Shown: positions 45,792 through 56,500 of the stretch, piece by piece
Layout of the letters: every line of letters begins with the position of its first letter
Position numbering within the stretch: position 1 is the stretch's first letter
Virus record (IMG/VR): IMGVR_UViG_3300010883_000007
Location: 1-64,000 of that record
Source: a virus
Reading direction: 5' to 3' (one strand)
DNA length: 64,000 bases
Notes under the pieces: generated by a model
Databases searched by the model: none
The model's input: only the letters and a program-made list of their open reading frames with translations
What the model was told of the DNA's origin: nothing
Translations under genes and position numbers: made by a program

Positions 45792-48700
45792 TAATCGATC
45801 CTCAACCTAAAGAGATAACCATCTGAGTCCCTCTTCACAATGGGTTGGGCCAAGTTGGCCCTCCCTATTATATTAAAACTCTCATCGTGAAGATTTACAC
45901 TTGTAATGTAATTAAATTGGGACGCTGTCTCATTGGCATAGTCTGTGGGCTTAAGCGCTTTAAACGTCGGATTGGAGGAGGAATTGACAGATCCCTTGGG
46001 ACAGGGCACGTTTATCTCCAGAACGTGCACGTTGTGCTCGCCTTCGAAACTGGTCGTCCACTCATCAGCTCCGAAGATGGGGATGTTCGGTGTCTTCACA
46101 ACAACAATACCCTCCTCGTAGATGATATTGCCCACAGCGTTCCACGTGGCGTGCTTCGATAGGGAATCTGCCCGATAGAGGCCTCCGTGTCCGTCATCCC
46201 TGAGGGTCACTGCTAAAACACCCCCAGATCCGGTTACACTAGTGTCAGTTACCTGAAACGATCCGCGCCTAATCTGATTCCCATAAAAGAGGTTCGACAC
46301 ATCAAAGAATGCCACCTGATTTGAGGAGGGATCCTTCGTCCTATTCAGGATCGTCAGGATACCAGAGTTGGCTACCCCCGGATCCTCGGGTGGAGCACCC
46401 TCCAGCGAATTGGAAATGGAAACGTCGGTGTTATCCTTTCCTCCCGTGAATGCGGTCACTGTCCTATACAGGTTTGTGAGGTTGTGAGCTATAGCAGTAT
46501 TCCCTATAGTCCCCACTGCCCGCTGATTGAGGGTTACCACTCCGGCGTAATCATCGGTGTCGGTGGCATCTCTGCTGGCCAGGATTAGTCCTGCGTGTCC
46601 GGTGGATCCGTTGACAGCAGATACAAAATTGTCGTAAACAGTATCAGCATCAGAGCTGTTGGCATTGACTAACACCTTACCCCCCTGGACATCACCGGTG
46701 ACAGACTCGACCTCGTACACGAACCGATAGACCTTCGTCACTCTGTCATATGTGTTTGTCACCGCGTTCTTTCGTAATCCCGTTAGACGTATAGTTGCCT
46801 GATCAGCTGTCTTGGTTGGTGTGTAGATAATCTCTGCAGAGGCAGCCTGAGTTCCTATTCCCTGCCTTCCGCGGTTCTCGCTGGTGATATCGATTAACCC
46901 CTCCGGCAGGGATGCAGTGCTTACCATGTTCGAGAGGTTGATGAGACCGTAGTCAACATTTCCAGCGTCATTGACAAATCGATCGATCAGTGAACCGGAT
47001 ACCGGAACTTCGGCCCGGGTGCCGGACTTGAGAAGACCGAATGATGGACTGAACCTTCCGTTGTCACACGGAAGGACTGTGAGATTTCTCTTTCTCAGGG
47101 AAGCATTTCGGTAGAGCCACAGGTTACACAGCTCAGCCGTGTTGGTGGTCACATCAATTGTCGATCCTGTTAGATTGAAGAGACGGGGATAAAGACCGTT
47201 AACAAACTCTCGGGTGAAGTTTGGAAGGTTCAACATGTGACCGCCGACGCCGAATGACAGGGCAACGTTGAAGGGGTCATCTGTGGTTGATCGAACTGTC
47301 TGGAACGGCGTCTGCATCACCTCCCGCTCCTTGGTCTCCTTCACAAAGAAAGGGGGCACGTAGAAGATCAGGTCAGTCGGAAGGGGATCAGGGCCCGACT
47401 GGGCAGACAGGGCAATCTGTTGCAGAGAGTGGTAGGTATTGAATATCTTGAGATCGTGGATCTCAGCCCTCAACGGGTGCGAGAACCTCACCTTGTGTTC
47501 TGCTATATCATTGTGTGTGGCATCCACATTGGACATGTCGTACGAGTCATTCGTGAACATGCTGGTAACGCCCTCACGGTGGGCAGCATTAGCGTTGAAG
47601 AACTGTGCCACAACTCCCGAGCCATCCAGGGTACCATTGTTGGGACCGTCGTAGAAATTACCCACAAAGACAGCGTCCGGATCACCAATCGGAGGTTCGA
47701 AAGCCTGGGGCATCACTGAAGCTGATGGTATTAAAAATGTCGCATCCTCCTTGCCGTCAATCACGAACGATCCCGTGCCGCTATTGACTGAGGCTCCCCA
47801 CCGAATGGCGACATGATGCCAGTGATTCCTCATGAGCGCGTTGTCCTTCGAGAAGAACACAAGGTCGCTGGGAACTTCCTGGGTGCTACTGCCGAGAGTT
47901 GGAAAGGGCTGGCTCACATTATTAGACGTGACCGCAGTGTTCCTGGGGGATGTCTCAGCGCTGTTGCTTAGCTGCAACATTATCCTGAATCCATCAGTCT
48001 TGCCGTTAATATCCTTCGACGAGCCCGAAATCAGGCTCACTGCGTACGAGGAAGACATGTGAATGATCGTGCCCGGATGATACACTGTTCTTCCAGGCTC
48101 AGTGCCACCGGTAAATGTAGACGGAACGTTAACACTAGTACTTGCGTTCCATGCCGCGGCGTTGTCTAGGGTAATTGCAGTATTACCCGCACTTGTTTTG
48201 ACAGCACCTTGTGTGAGTAAGACTACTCCCGCAGAGGGATTTGTAGCTACTATATCCAGGGATGATTGTGCATTAATCTTTGCAGCAAGATCTGCAGCAG
48301 TTCCCGTACCGCCGCCGCCGGCGGCAGCAATTCCACTTACAGCAATATCTCCGAGTCCCCCAGTGAAAGTTGAGGGGACATTTACACTGCACACGCTGTT
48401 CCAGTGAGCAGCGTCATTTACAGTGATTGTAGTATTACCACTTCTACCAGTAGTTGAACCTTGGGTAATGGTTATTGCAGCAGTAGATGCTGATGCTGTC
48501 ATATCTAGCGCAGACTGAGCATTAATCTTTGCAGCAAGATCTGCAGCGGTTCCTGTGGCGCCGCCACCTGCAGCATAGATTCCGTTGAGTGCAATATTGC
48601 CTGCAGAGACACCGTTGTTCTCGTTATCAACTTCAAACGTAACTGAGGTTCCATCACCATCAATCAAATTGATTGTACTGCCTTCGTTAGGTTTGTCAGT

Positions 48701-49471
48701 TAGCGTAAAGGTGGCTGCTGGTGGTTTAAGACCATTATTCTCGTTGTCTATTTCAAAAGCAACCGAAGTTCCATCGCTGTCTAGCAAGGTGACAGTGGAC
48801 TCTTCAGTAGGCTTATCTGAGAACGTGAATGTTGCGGTAGAAGAGAATTTCGAGTCGTTCGGTTCAGACGAATACTTCGGATTGATATAGAAATCGAACG
48901 TGAACTCCTTGTGGGGTGAGTACATGAAGTTGTCGACCTCATTGGTCTCCCCGGAAGAAGTGGCTGCCGGGTATATCATCACAGATCCCGTGGGAGTTGT
49001 GTCGGACGTGAAGAAGTGCAGGGTGTGGTAGTTGGGATACGCCCACTGCAAGCTTGGGTACGTGCTCCGGTACGTGGGAAAGAGGACCTTCCTCACAACA
49101 TTCTTACGAAGAGTGTTGCTGGTCAACTTGAAGGAGGGCTCGAATCGAATGACTTCCACCTTCTTCTGGCGTGCGGGTGAGGCGGAGGAGGAGTTGACTG
49201 TCTCTAGATACTGACTTAGATTACCAGAAATATCAGATGAGCCTCGGGAATCCCTTACTGTCTGGACCCTCAGTTCCTCAATATCAGCTGTTCCCCAGCT
49301 ATCACCACCGTAGTCCTCGAGGGGTTGTGCCTCCTTCTCAATAGTCGAGGCACGAGAGAAGACTTTAACTGACCCTGTCAGTCCTGAGGAAGATGATGTG
49401 AATGTCCGGCGGGGGTTGGTTGTGAGAGTAAATCGTTCAAGATTCTCTATTGGTATTGGTATAATTGCCAT
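45788..49471 (-). CDS. Large baseplate/fibre-associated virion protein with LamG-like segment and nested inserted modules
   Basis: FTFDFYINP...NHWHHVAIRW...FVIDG...IHDLKIFN is LamG-like. C-terminal YITSVNLHD..NIIGRANLAQPIVK is paralogous to 49510..50790. Confidence 0.65.
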   Translation of the reverse strand: MAIIPIPIENLERFTLTTNPRRTFTSSSSGLTGSVKVFSRASTIEKEAQPLEDYGGDSWGTADIEELRVQTVRDSRGSSDISGNLSQYLETVNSSSASPARQKKVEVIRFEPSFKLTSNTLRKNVVRKVLFPTYRSTYPSLQWAYPNYHTLHFFTSDTTPTGSVMIYPAATSSGETNEVDNFMYSPHKEFTFDFYINPKYSSEPNDSKFSSTATFTFSDKPTEESTVTLLDSDGTSVAFEIDNENNGLKPPAATFTLTDKPNEGSTINLIDGDGTSVTFEVDNENNGVSAGNIALNGIYAAGGGATGTAADLAAKINAQSALDMTASASTAAITITQGSTTGRSGNTTITVNDAAHWNSVCSVNVPSTFTGGLGDIAVSGIAAAGGGGTGTAADLAAKINAQSSLDIVATNPSAGVVLLTQGAVKTSAGNTAITLDNAAAWNASTSVNVPSTFTGGTEPGRTVYHPGTIIHMSSSYAVSLISGSSKDINGKTDGFRIMLQLSNSAETSPRNTAVTSNNVSQPFPTLGSSTQEVPSDLVFFSKDNALMRNHWHHVAIRWGASVNSGTGSFVIDGKEDATFLIPSASVMPQAFEPPIGDPDAVFVGNFYDGPNNGTLDGSGVVAQFFNANAAHREGVTSMFTNDSYDMSNVDATHNDIAEHKVRFSHPLRAEIHDLKIFNTYHSLQQIALSAQSGPDPLPTDLIFYVPPFFVKETKEREVMQTPFQTVRSTTDDPFNVALSFGVGGHMLNLPNFTREFVNGLYPRLFNLTGSTIDVTTNTAELCNLWLYRNASLRKRNLTVLPCDNGRFSPSFGLLKSGTRAEVPVSGSLIDRFVNDAGNVDYGLINLSNMVSTASLPEGLIDITSENRGRQGIGTQAASAEIIYTPTKTADQATIRLTGLRKNAVTNTYDRVTKVYRFVYEVESVTGDVQGGKVLVNANSSDADTVYDNFVSAVNGSTGHAGLILASRDATDTDDYAGVVTLNQRAVGTIGNTAIAHNLTNLYRTVTAFTGGKDNTDVSISNSLEGAPPEDPGVANSGILTILNRTKDPSSNQVAFFDVSNLFYGNQIRRGSFQVTDTSVTGSGGVLAVTLRDDGHGGLYRADSLSKHATWNAVGNIIYEEGIVVVKTPNIPIFGADEWTTSFEGEHNVHVLEINVPCPKGSVNSSSNPTFKALKPTDYANETASQFNYITSVNLHDESFNIIGRANLAQPIVKRDSDGYLFRLRIDY
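48104..48835 (-). repeat. Nested duplicated module: outer copy 48104-48835 interrupted by complete inner copy 48356-48715
   Basis: Order N-half A, complete B, C-half A in the translation. Exact 29-bp repeat GCATTAATCTTTGCAGCAAGATCTGCAGC at 48270-48298 and 48519-48547. Confidence 0.92.
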
Positions 49472-49509
49472 TTAACGCCGTCATCTTGAAACTTCGGTTA
49501 ACCGATTCA

Positions 49510-50790
49510 CTAAAAGTCCAAACGAACCCGGAAGGTGAGATCCCGCTCATCGTTCTTCTCAATAGGTCTAGAGAGTTTTGCAACTGCCAGTAAATTGCCG
49601 AACTCATCATGGAGGCCAATCGTTGTTGGGAAGGAGAACGATCTCTGTGTGTCCTGTCCCTGGTCGATCACTCGAACGCGACCGGATGAATTTGTGTACG
49701 TTGGGTTCGTAGAGAAGTTGAACTCATCTGCGGTCGCCCTGCAGAAGACCAGCGTTGAATTAATCATTGTGATATTCTGGAAGGTCATCGCTGTCAGGGT
49801 TCCCGAGGAGAATCGGGTGGTTGAGAGGTGGTTGATAATATCATCGATTGACGCTGACACAACAAAATCTGGGATGTACTTCGCATTAGGATTACCCGAG
49901 AAGATTGACTTTGTAGCGTCAGCAACATTCTCAAAGCCGTGGCCTATTACCATCGTTCCGGTGGCTAGAAGTCCGTCAGGTGAATACTGATTCATTGCCT
50001 TAATGACTCCGGAGACGTGCTGGGTACCCGATATCACCTTTGCGAGGTCGAGAAGCACTGTTCCATGATCGTAAAAGATCAGGCCGACTCGTCGGGCTGT
50101 GTTGGATGCGGCGACAATGTTCGCGACGTCGCCGCCGAATACTCGTCGAGTGTTGGTTGCAGCTCCAATGTCTGTAAAGATCACTGACCCCGACTCGCTG
50201 GTGATGTTCAGTGTAGGCCGAGGTGGGTGGTTGCCCGTCTCAGTGGCAGTCATCGTTCCTGTCTGATAGAAACGCATCGCAAAGGTCTCTTTCTTGATCT
50301 TGTCCCTTGCAAATAGGCGTTTGAAGGAGACAAACATGGCCTCGTCGATCCGATCACCCACGTCTGTGGACCCAACTGGCGAATAGAAGGCTGAATCTCC
50401 ATTACCCAAGAGTGCCTGAGCGTACTGCTTGTATATATCCACCTTCTCTCTCATCATTACTGAGCTCGATGCGAACAGAAGTTTTCCTGCGGAGTCTTGC
50501 CCTGTGGAAGCATTAGTTACTGTTGTTCCGGATGCATGGAGCCCCACAGTCAGGTCGAAGATTGGGTTGGCAGTTTGTAGCGAGAAGTCCTGATCATTTA
50601 CTGTCTGGAACAGCGAAGAGGTTACTCCTGGGCCCACGCCTCCTGTAACAAAGACTTGGTACGCGCGGCGCGTCTGTGATCCAGATATGTCCTCTTGAAT
50701 AATATCGACAAGCTGATTCAGCGTTGAGCGTCGGACCTTGATGTCCTCAGGTTGTATTCTCTTAAAGCTTCCACCTGTTAATTGTGGCAT
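49510..50790 (-). CDS. Putative baseplate/tail-fibre attachment protein
   Basis: C-terminal FNFSTNPT...TTIGLHDEFGNLLAVAKLSRPIEK...RVRLDF resembles the C-half of tail-collar fibre (DUF3751-like) domains. Confidence 0.6.
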   Translation of the reverse strand: MPQLTGGSFKRIQPEDIKVRRSTLNQLVDIIQEDISGSQTRRAYQVFVTGGVGPGVTSSLFQTVNDQDFSLQTANPIFDLTVGLHASGTTVTNASTGQDSAGKLLFASSSVMMREKVDIYKQYAQALLGNGDSAFYSPVGSTDVGDRIDEAMFVSFKRLFARDKIKKETFAMRFYQTGTMTATETGNHPPRPTLNITSESGSVIFTDIGAATNTRRVFGGDVANIVAASNTARRVGLIFYDHGTVLLDLAKVISGTQHVSGVIKAMNQYSPDGLLATGTMVIGHGFENVADATKSIFSGNPNAKYIPDFVVSASIDDIINHLSTTRFSSGTLTAMTFQNITMINSTLVFCRATADEFNFSTNPTYTNSSGRVRVIDQGQDTQRSFSFPTTIGLHDEFGNLLAVAKLSRPIEKNDERDLTFRVRLDF

Positions 50791-50808
50791 TGTTTATCTT
50801 ACCTCTAC

Positions 50809-51525
50809 TTACGCTGTGGGTCTTGTAATGGTCACAGTGAAGTCCTTTCGGTACCCCGACTGATTACCCACCACTGCAACAACGCTTGTGATTGTATTCT
50901 TGTCCCCGAGATTTCCGTAAATTGTAAAAATTGTGTCATCGAGGCCTGGTTGAAGAACTAGGTTAAATCTCACCTGGGCTCCGTTCTTATTGTTGACCCC
51001 GGTCTGCTCAACAAGATAGGATGATATCCTCGTTGTGGACTCAATATTAAAGGGTGACCGCCCCTCCACAGCCAGAAATCTATCAGGTGTCATAACAATA
51101 AAGGAGGTGTCTGAAACACCCTCAGGAATTCTGGTCTCGCCTTCAATTGTCTGCTCAAACACCACTTCACGGGAGGAATTATTGCTTGTATTAAATGCTA
51201 CTGTGTTTCCGGTGAGGCCCGCTGTCCCCTGCAGTGACACAGTTGGAAGGTTACGAACCGTTGGGTCAGGAAGGCTCAACATGCGAAACTTCTGCGCAAT
51301 ACCCGACTGTGTCTGGGCTTCGAAGATCGGCGTGTTCTTAATGATCTTCTCCTTACCCACAGTCCTTCCAAACTTTTCGATAATGGTGTAGTCGATCTCA
51401 TCGTCTGACAGAGAGAAGAAAGATATCATAAAGTCGCCCTTGTTAGCCGCCAAAAATTCTCTTCCGATATCTGTCAGGACAGCATCAACAATAATGTTAT
51501 TGGTTGAATGATCAAGGAATCCCAT
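50809..51525 (-). CDS. Putative baseplate/tail-fibre attachment protein
   Basis: Start moved to ATG 51525 (SD GGGGAG). IIVDAVLTDIGREFLA...FSLSDDEIDY resembles the N-half of DUF3751-like domains. Confidence 0.6.
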   Translation of the reverse strand: MGFLDHSTNNIIVDAVLTDIGREFLAANKGDFMISFFSLSDDEIDYTIIEKFGRTVGKEKIIKNTPIFEAQTQSGIAQKFRMLSLPDPTVRNLPTVSLQGTAGLTGNTVAFNTSNNSSREVVFEQTIEGETRIPEGVSDTSFIVMTPDRFLAVEGRSPFNIESTTRISSYLVEQTGVNNKNGAQVRFNLVLQPGLDDTIFTIYGNLGDKNTITSVVAVVGNQSGYRKDFTVTITRPTA

Positions 51526-51526
51526 C

Positions 51527-51601
51527 TTATTTCTCCCCTTGAGACTTTCCTGCACTCCACAGGAGTGAATGTTTAAGTACTCTATAACCTCTTGATATCA
51601 C
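51527..51601 (-). CDS. Possible 24-aa leader peptide (MISRGYRVLKHSLLWSAGKSQGEK)
   Basis: GTG at 51601 with SD AGGAGA 5 nt upstream; TAA ends 1 nt before ATG 51525. Confidence 0.35.
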   Translation of the reverse strand: MISRGYRVLKHSLLWSAGKSQGEK

Positions 51602-51625
51602 GCTATTCTCCTAAACGCTTGCAGA

Positions 51626-51656
51626 TAAGTATAATGAATATTAGCTAGACCGTAAA
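51626..51656 (-). promoter_or_regulatory. Composite promoter: TTTACG-N17-TATACT overlapping an ATACTTA motif
   Basis: Intergenic AT-rich stretch; -35 at 51656-51651, -10 at 51633-51628. Confidence 0.5.
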
Positions 51657-51683
51657 CAGTATCTGCTGATATGAATCTTATCC

Positions 51684-53498
51684 TCATCGTCGCACACGAC
51701 GCTGTGTCTGTCGATCTCTGAGGTTTATTGTCACTGTTCGAGCCTTCTGCCGGTCCACATTGATTATCTGGAATTTGTAAAGACCCTTGTCTCTGTCCGT
51801 TGCCAGAAGCTTTAAGTCCTCACCATGTTCGCCTCGAACTGTTAAGTATTCAGGATCTAGATAAATTCGCATGCTTTGATGACCGCTGTCCTTCATAACG
51901 TCCTCGGTTATCCTATTTGTCGTGATATTTTTCGAAAGAGTTGGACTCACAAACATGTTGGGATACTGCTTAGGAGCGCCCGGTCTGGATATATTTTCTA
52001 ACTTGAGAGAGTTGGTCATCCTGTCAAAGTACACTCTTGTTTGTGCACCGTAATTGGATGTAAGGCTGTGAGCATCAATTGAGCACACTGTGTAGATAAA
52101 GTCGCTGTCCCTATCAAAATCAGCGTCAATAAAGTAGGTTCTGCTTCCAGGGAGCATATGATTTATACTCTCATCGACTGATTCGTTGGTATGTGACTTA
52201 ATCTCAGAGTCATCAAAGTCAAGCTGCGCAATTATTGTAAAAGGCTCTTCTATGTTTTTTCTACGAAAAACCTGGAACTTCTTAACATCTCGCTGGGATG
52301 ATACTGGGAACTGCCAATTGATGTTTAAACCTGAGGACTCGGGCATGTAGTAGTAGAAAATGCCATCAGGCTCTGGGGGCGGCACATGTTCAACACACTG
52401 GACCACCACTTGTGGGCTTGGGCGGGACTTGACTAAAGCCCGTGCGAGATAAGTTCCTGCAGCCCTTCGACGAGTGGCATTCTGCCAATATGTTGCTTCA
52501 ACAATAAACACAGCGCTGACAGTGTATGCGTACGACATACCGTATTTTAACTTGGAATCAATTGCGCTGGACACATGGGAGCCATTCATGTACATCCTCG
52601 TCTGTCTTCCTCGTGTGCCGTCAGAAAGTATCTCGTACTTGTCAATTACATAGCCTACAGCGCCTACTTCTGGTAGGCGAGAGTGTGTCACAAGAAGCTC
52701 TTGAAAGGTCCTTAAGTTTGGATCATAATCTACATCAATGTTTATCTCAGAATTTGTATTCTGTCTGGCACTGCCCTGTCTTCTTACTAAGTAATCTGAT
52801 CTCAATCCCTGTGATATCCCTGAGGCAGCTAAGGGATTGGCATACATCTGTCGGCTTATGTCGCCCAAAAATCTCTCGTCTGATTTCACTGTGAAACGAA
52901 AGTTAGACTGACTGGCTAGTGTGTCAGTCACTATCTTCTCTCCCACCTCGTTAACAAACGCAATTCCCTGCTCCTCCCGATCCAAAAGCAGCTCAAGAAT
53001 TTGCTCCCCGGGGACCTCGTCAGGTGTTAGCGCGTTGATTGCCTCAGCGATCTCTGTCTGAGATGCACTTCCCTCTAGAGACGCATCTTTAACCCGATCC
53101 CTCATAAACTCATCCAATAGATCCTGCAGGCGGCGCTTAATGCCTGTGTCCTGAATTGTCATTCGCTTTTGAAAGGGAATCGAGATCTGATCCTCTGCTT
53201 GAATTCTGTATCTGTACTTCTGAACAAGGCCACTTCGTGCCTCAGCGTCATACCGCCCATGATTAACTCGAATGGTTGGCCAATCAAGTCGAATGTATCT
53301 GGGCACTGTCTTTTCCGTTGTTTTATTGTCTATCAGCGCTTGTCGGCTCTCTGTTACCTCTCCGTAGGCAGCAGTAGCGCCAGAATCACTTACCTTCTCG
53401 TCTTTTACGAAAAAGTTATAGACAAAATTTGCTGTTATGCGAACTGGATCCGGAAAATTTGCGACACAGATCTCTTTAGATGGATAGCTCTCAGACAT
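51684..53498 (-). CDS. Hypothetical virion protein with fibronectin type III-like repeats
   Basis: GYVIDKY...IDSKLKYGMSYAYTVSAV and INWQFP...FQVFRR...YFIDADF...FIYTVCSID. Confidence 0.6.
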   Translation of the reverse strand: MSESYPSKEICVANFPDPVRITANFVYNFFVKDEKVSDSGATAAYGEVTESRQALIDNKTTEKTVPRYIRLDWPTIRVNHGRYDAEARSGLVQKYRYRIQAEDQISIPFQKRMTIQDTGIKRRLQDLLDEFMRDRVKDASLEGSASQTEIAEAINALTPDEVPGEQILELLLDREEQGIAFVNEVGEKIVTDTLASQSNFRFTVKSDERFLGDISRQMYANPLAASGISQGLRSDYLVRRQGSARQNTNSEINIDVDYDPNLRTFQELLVTHSRLPEVGAVGYVIDKYEILSDGTRGRQTRMYMNGSHVSSAIDSKLKYGMSYAYTVSAVFIVEATYWQNATRRRAAGTYLARALVKSRPSPQVVVQCVEHVPPPEPDGIFYYYMPESSGLNINWQFPVSSQRDVKKFQVFRRKNIEEPFTIIAQLDFDDSEIKSHTNESVDESINHMLPGSRTYFIDADFDRDSDFIYTVCSIDAHSLTSNYGAQTRVYFDRMTNSLKLENISRPGAPKQYPNMFVSPTLSKNITTNRITEDVMKDSGHQSMRIYLDPEYLTVRGEHGEDLKLLATDRDKGLYKFQIINVDRQKARTVTINLRDRQTQRRVRR

Positions 53499-53509
53499 AT
53501 GTCACTTTC

Positions 53510-56500
53510 CTAACCCACCAGGTCAACTTCACAGTAGTATCCATTGATGTCTCCTTTCATCCAGTTTTTATAATAGTGTTGACGAACTTGCCACTGGGTG
53601 TGGCGCTGTGCGAATCCAGCGTAATCCCGAGACTCGATCATGATATTAAAGATTCTATCAAACTGAGAGGGGCTTAGGACACGTTCACGGCGGAGACGAG
53701 GTGTTAAGAGGCTTGATTTAGAAAGCATTAACCCTGCTCGAAGAGAATCTTTCTTTATCTCTGGAGGCTTTCGGGTTGTTATCGTCGTTCCAAACTCATT
53801 GCGGGTGCGCTCCCATCGTGATCTCAACATATGAGACAAAGTCGAACCGGTCTGGCACTTCAAATAGTCTACACCATTAACACGCTCTTGCACAAATATT
53901 CTATTGAATGTTGTTCCTGTAATATCCAACAATTCAGCTATCTCATCCTTGCCAAGTAACTTACTCAATCTATCTCGTGTCTCTTTGTCTAACATGGGAT
54001 TCAAGAGATTGCCCTGGAAGAGGAAATTCTTCTCATTTAACGGAAGACCTGAGACTTCGTAGATCATCAGCTCATACAGATGACTCTTCATGTGATTGTT
54101 GAGAATAGGCGCCACTGAGGGATCTTCTTTTCTTAGATCAGCCCCCAGATTAGCTGAGATTATTCTTCCTGATCGAATCCTATACCAGACAGATGTGTCG
54201 ACAATGATCTGAAGAGATAGGGCTCCCTGATTTACCCCTTGTATCTCCTCAGACACACGAATAGAATCTGGAAGAAGAAAGAGCTCAGTGTCAAACTGGA
54301 ACTCTAGAGGAGTCCACGAAGAAAGGCCGGTGTGAAGCTCACTCACCCGGTGGACACGTATGCTAACACCTGATGCATCCGGATCAGCAAAGTCAACCGA
54401 GGCACCCCCGTCGCCGTCTAATACAGGACGTCGGAGTGCTCTCATCATTCCCACAGGAAGGCCTACTGAAAGGACTATACCATCACCCGGGTATGTAATA
54501 TCAGCAACGTGTGGCCCAGCAGCAAAGTTGTTCACAGCCAATCTCTGGGCTGGTGTTAATATCAAGTCGGACTCTAGTTGAGCTGCAGTTAAACTATTGG
54601 GGTCAGACCTCATCTTATCAACTAACTTGAGGCTCGTCTGATCTGGCGTTAAATATTTGAGTGACTGACGTCCGGAAGGGCTCTTGGCTAGGCGGACCAG
54701 TGCTTCATGGACATCTGAGGTTAACTCAGAGTCCTCCTTCTGGGTAACTTCTGGATCAGATAGAGCACTGTAAACCTGACTTGATAAATCAGAGGCTCGG
54801 AGAATCTCATTGCCAGTAGCTTTCAAGAGAGACACAATCATCTTTATGAACTTTCGGTGATTTATTGCTGATGTCATCATGCTCGTCAGCTCATCGGCTA
54901 CAACCTTTTGTGCACCCTTACCCAAGAATGATGTTGTTCTAGTTACAGACGGGACTGATGCTGATTCTCCACTATCTAGCCACATTGTATCTAGAGCTAC
55001 ACCTGACTGAGTTGTTAGAATCAGGGACTCCAGAAAGTCTCTTAATTTTCGAAAACTGGGTGGGTGCCATGCAATTGTACATCGGGGTGAGTGAGCCGCG
55101 GTCAGGGTCCGTCTGTACCCATATGGGTGATTAGTCTGATAATATATCTTGAAAAAGTGGCTTGAGAGAGACATTAGAATCTCTTGAACCACAGCTACGA
55201 TCATATTATCATCCCACTTATTAAATCTCGTATAACCGCTCGCATCTAGATAAGAGGCAGAGGACTTCTCCCGCTGAGCCAGATTCATTGCCTCCCGCTG
55301 GAGCTCTCTAGCTATCTGGACCGGTGATTCCATAAGGCTCATATCATCCGGGTTGTCAGCAGATCTCATGTTTCCGACAGGAGCAAACTTTCCTGTTTTT
55401 GTCCAGCCCTTAGCTGCAGTAACGTTTGTGGTGATGGTTTGTGCAGAAACAGAGCTACCTATATTTGCTAACTGCCACTCTAAGGCATTGCCCCTGGCCA
55501 TGTCAAATATAGCTTCAATATCATTTTGTGAAGCACCTAAATCTCCTGCCTGTGTTCTATTAGGCACATAACTCTTATCAGTTAACTGTTGATCAAACTC
55601 TTCCCTAAATCTCAGTGTTACACCCAACAGGCTCTCTCGGGCGGACACCTGGCCAACAGCTGTCCTTGCTCGATATGTGGCTGAGGTGTTGGAGGAACAA
55701 TTAGCATAGAGGGCTGCTGAAGTATACGTTACGCGAGGAATATTGCCTGACTCAAATGTCTCAGACATGAATGAAGCCACTTTATGGAGCTCTGATAAAC
55801 ACCTTACTAGCACTCCCTGGGGAGTTAGCGGCATTTCTTTCTCACCCAATGCAAGAAGCTCTTCCAAGTAGTTGCTAACATCCTGTGTGGTATCAGATAA
55901 TTTCGATGCGTAACTCATGTACGAATCAACGTGATTCCCACCGGGAAATCTTAGGGGGCCCTCGACAAAGAAGTCTGCACCCGATGTTAGGGTTTTCCCT
56001 GAGGCTCTCACGGGAGCTGCTTCAAAAGGTAGTACAGTCCTCTGGGCATTATTCTGTGTCTCGTTCAGAACAATAAAGTCTGCCAAGCTTCCGGGTTTTG
56101 TTGTCATTGATGTGATGTCAATATTACTCACAGACGTCGAGATCCCAAGTGCACCCAGCACTGGGTTTTCCTGAGTTACACCAAACCTATTTCCAATGGG
56201 CATTCCAGACAGACGACCTATGCCAGCTGAGACTGTTAGCTCATTAGAGAGCAGCGTTGCTAACACAAGGGCTCTATCTAAACCAGTAAGTGGGCCAGAA
56301 GAAATATTCCCCCCTGCGGTATTACCTGTTCCAGCACCCATGGGGGACTTTATACCAGATCGATTCCCGATGTGTGCGCAATCTAACTGATGCCTTTGAC
56401 CTGGAGGAGCAATGTGCCTGCTGGATAATCTTGTAGCACCGGGATCTGTACGGTGTTGCCCATGATCTATCATTGTTGGATAGACACCGGTTATTGCAGA

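Noticed and set aside
48104-48835. Inserted modules as inteins, introns or DGR target/template repeats
   Set aside because: No Cys/Ser start with His-Asn end, no homing endonuclease motif, no frame break, no reverse transcriptase in the window, and differences between copies are not adenine-specific.
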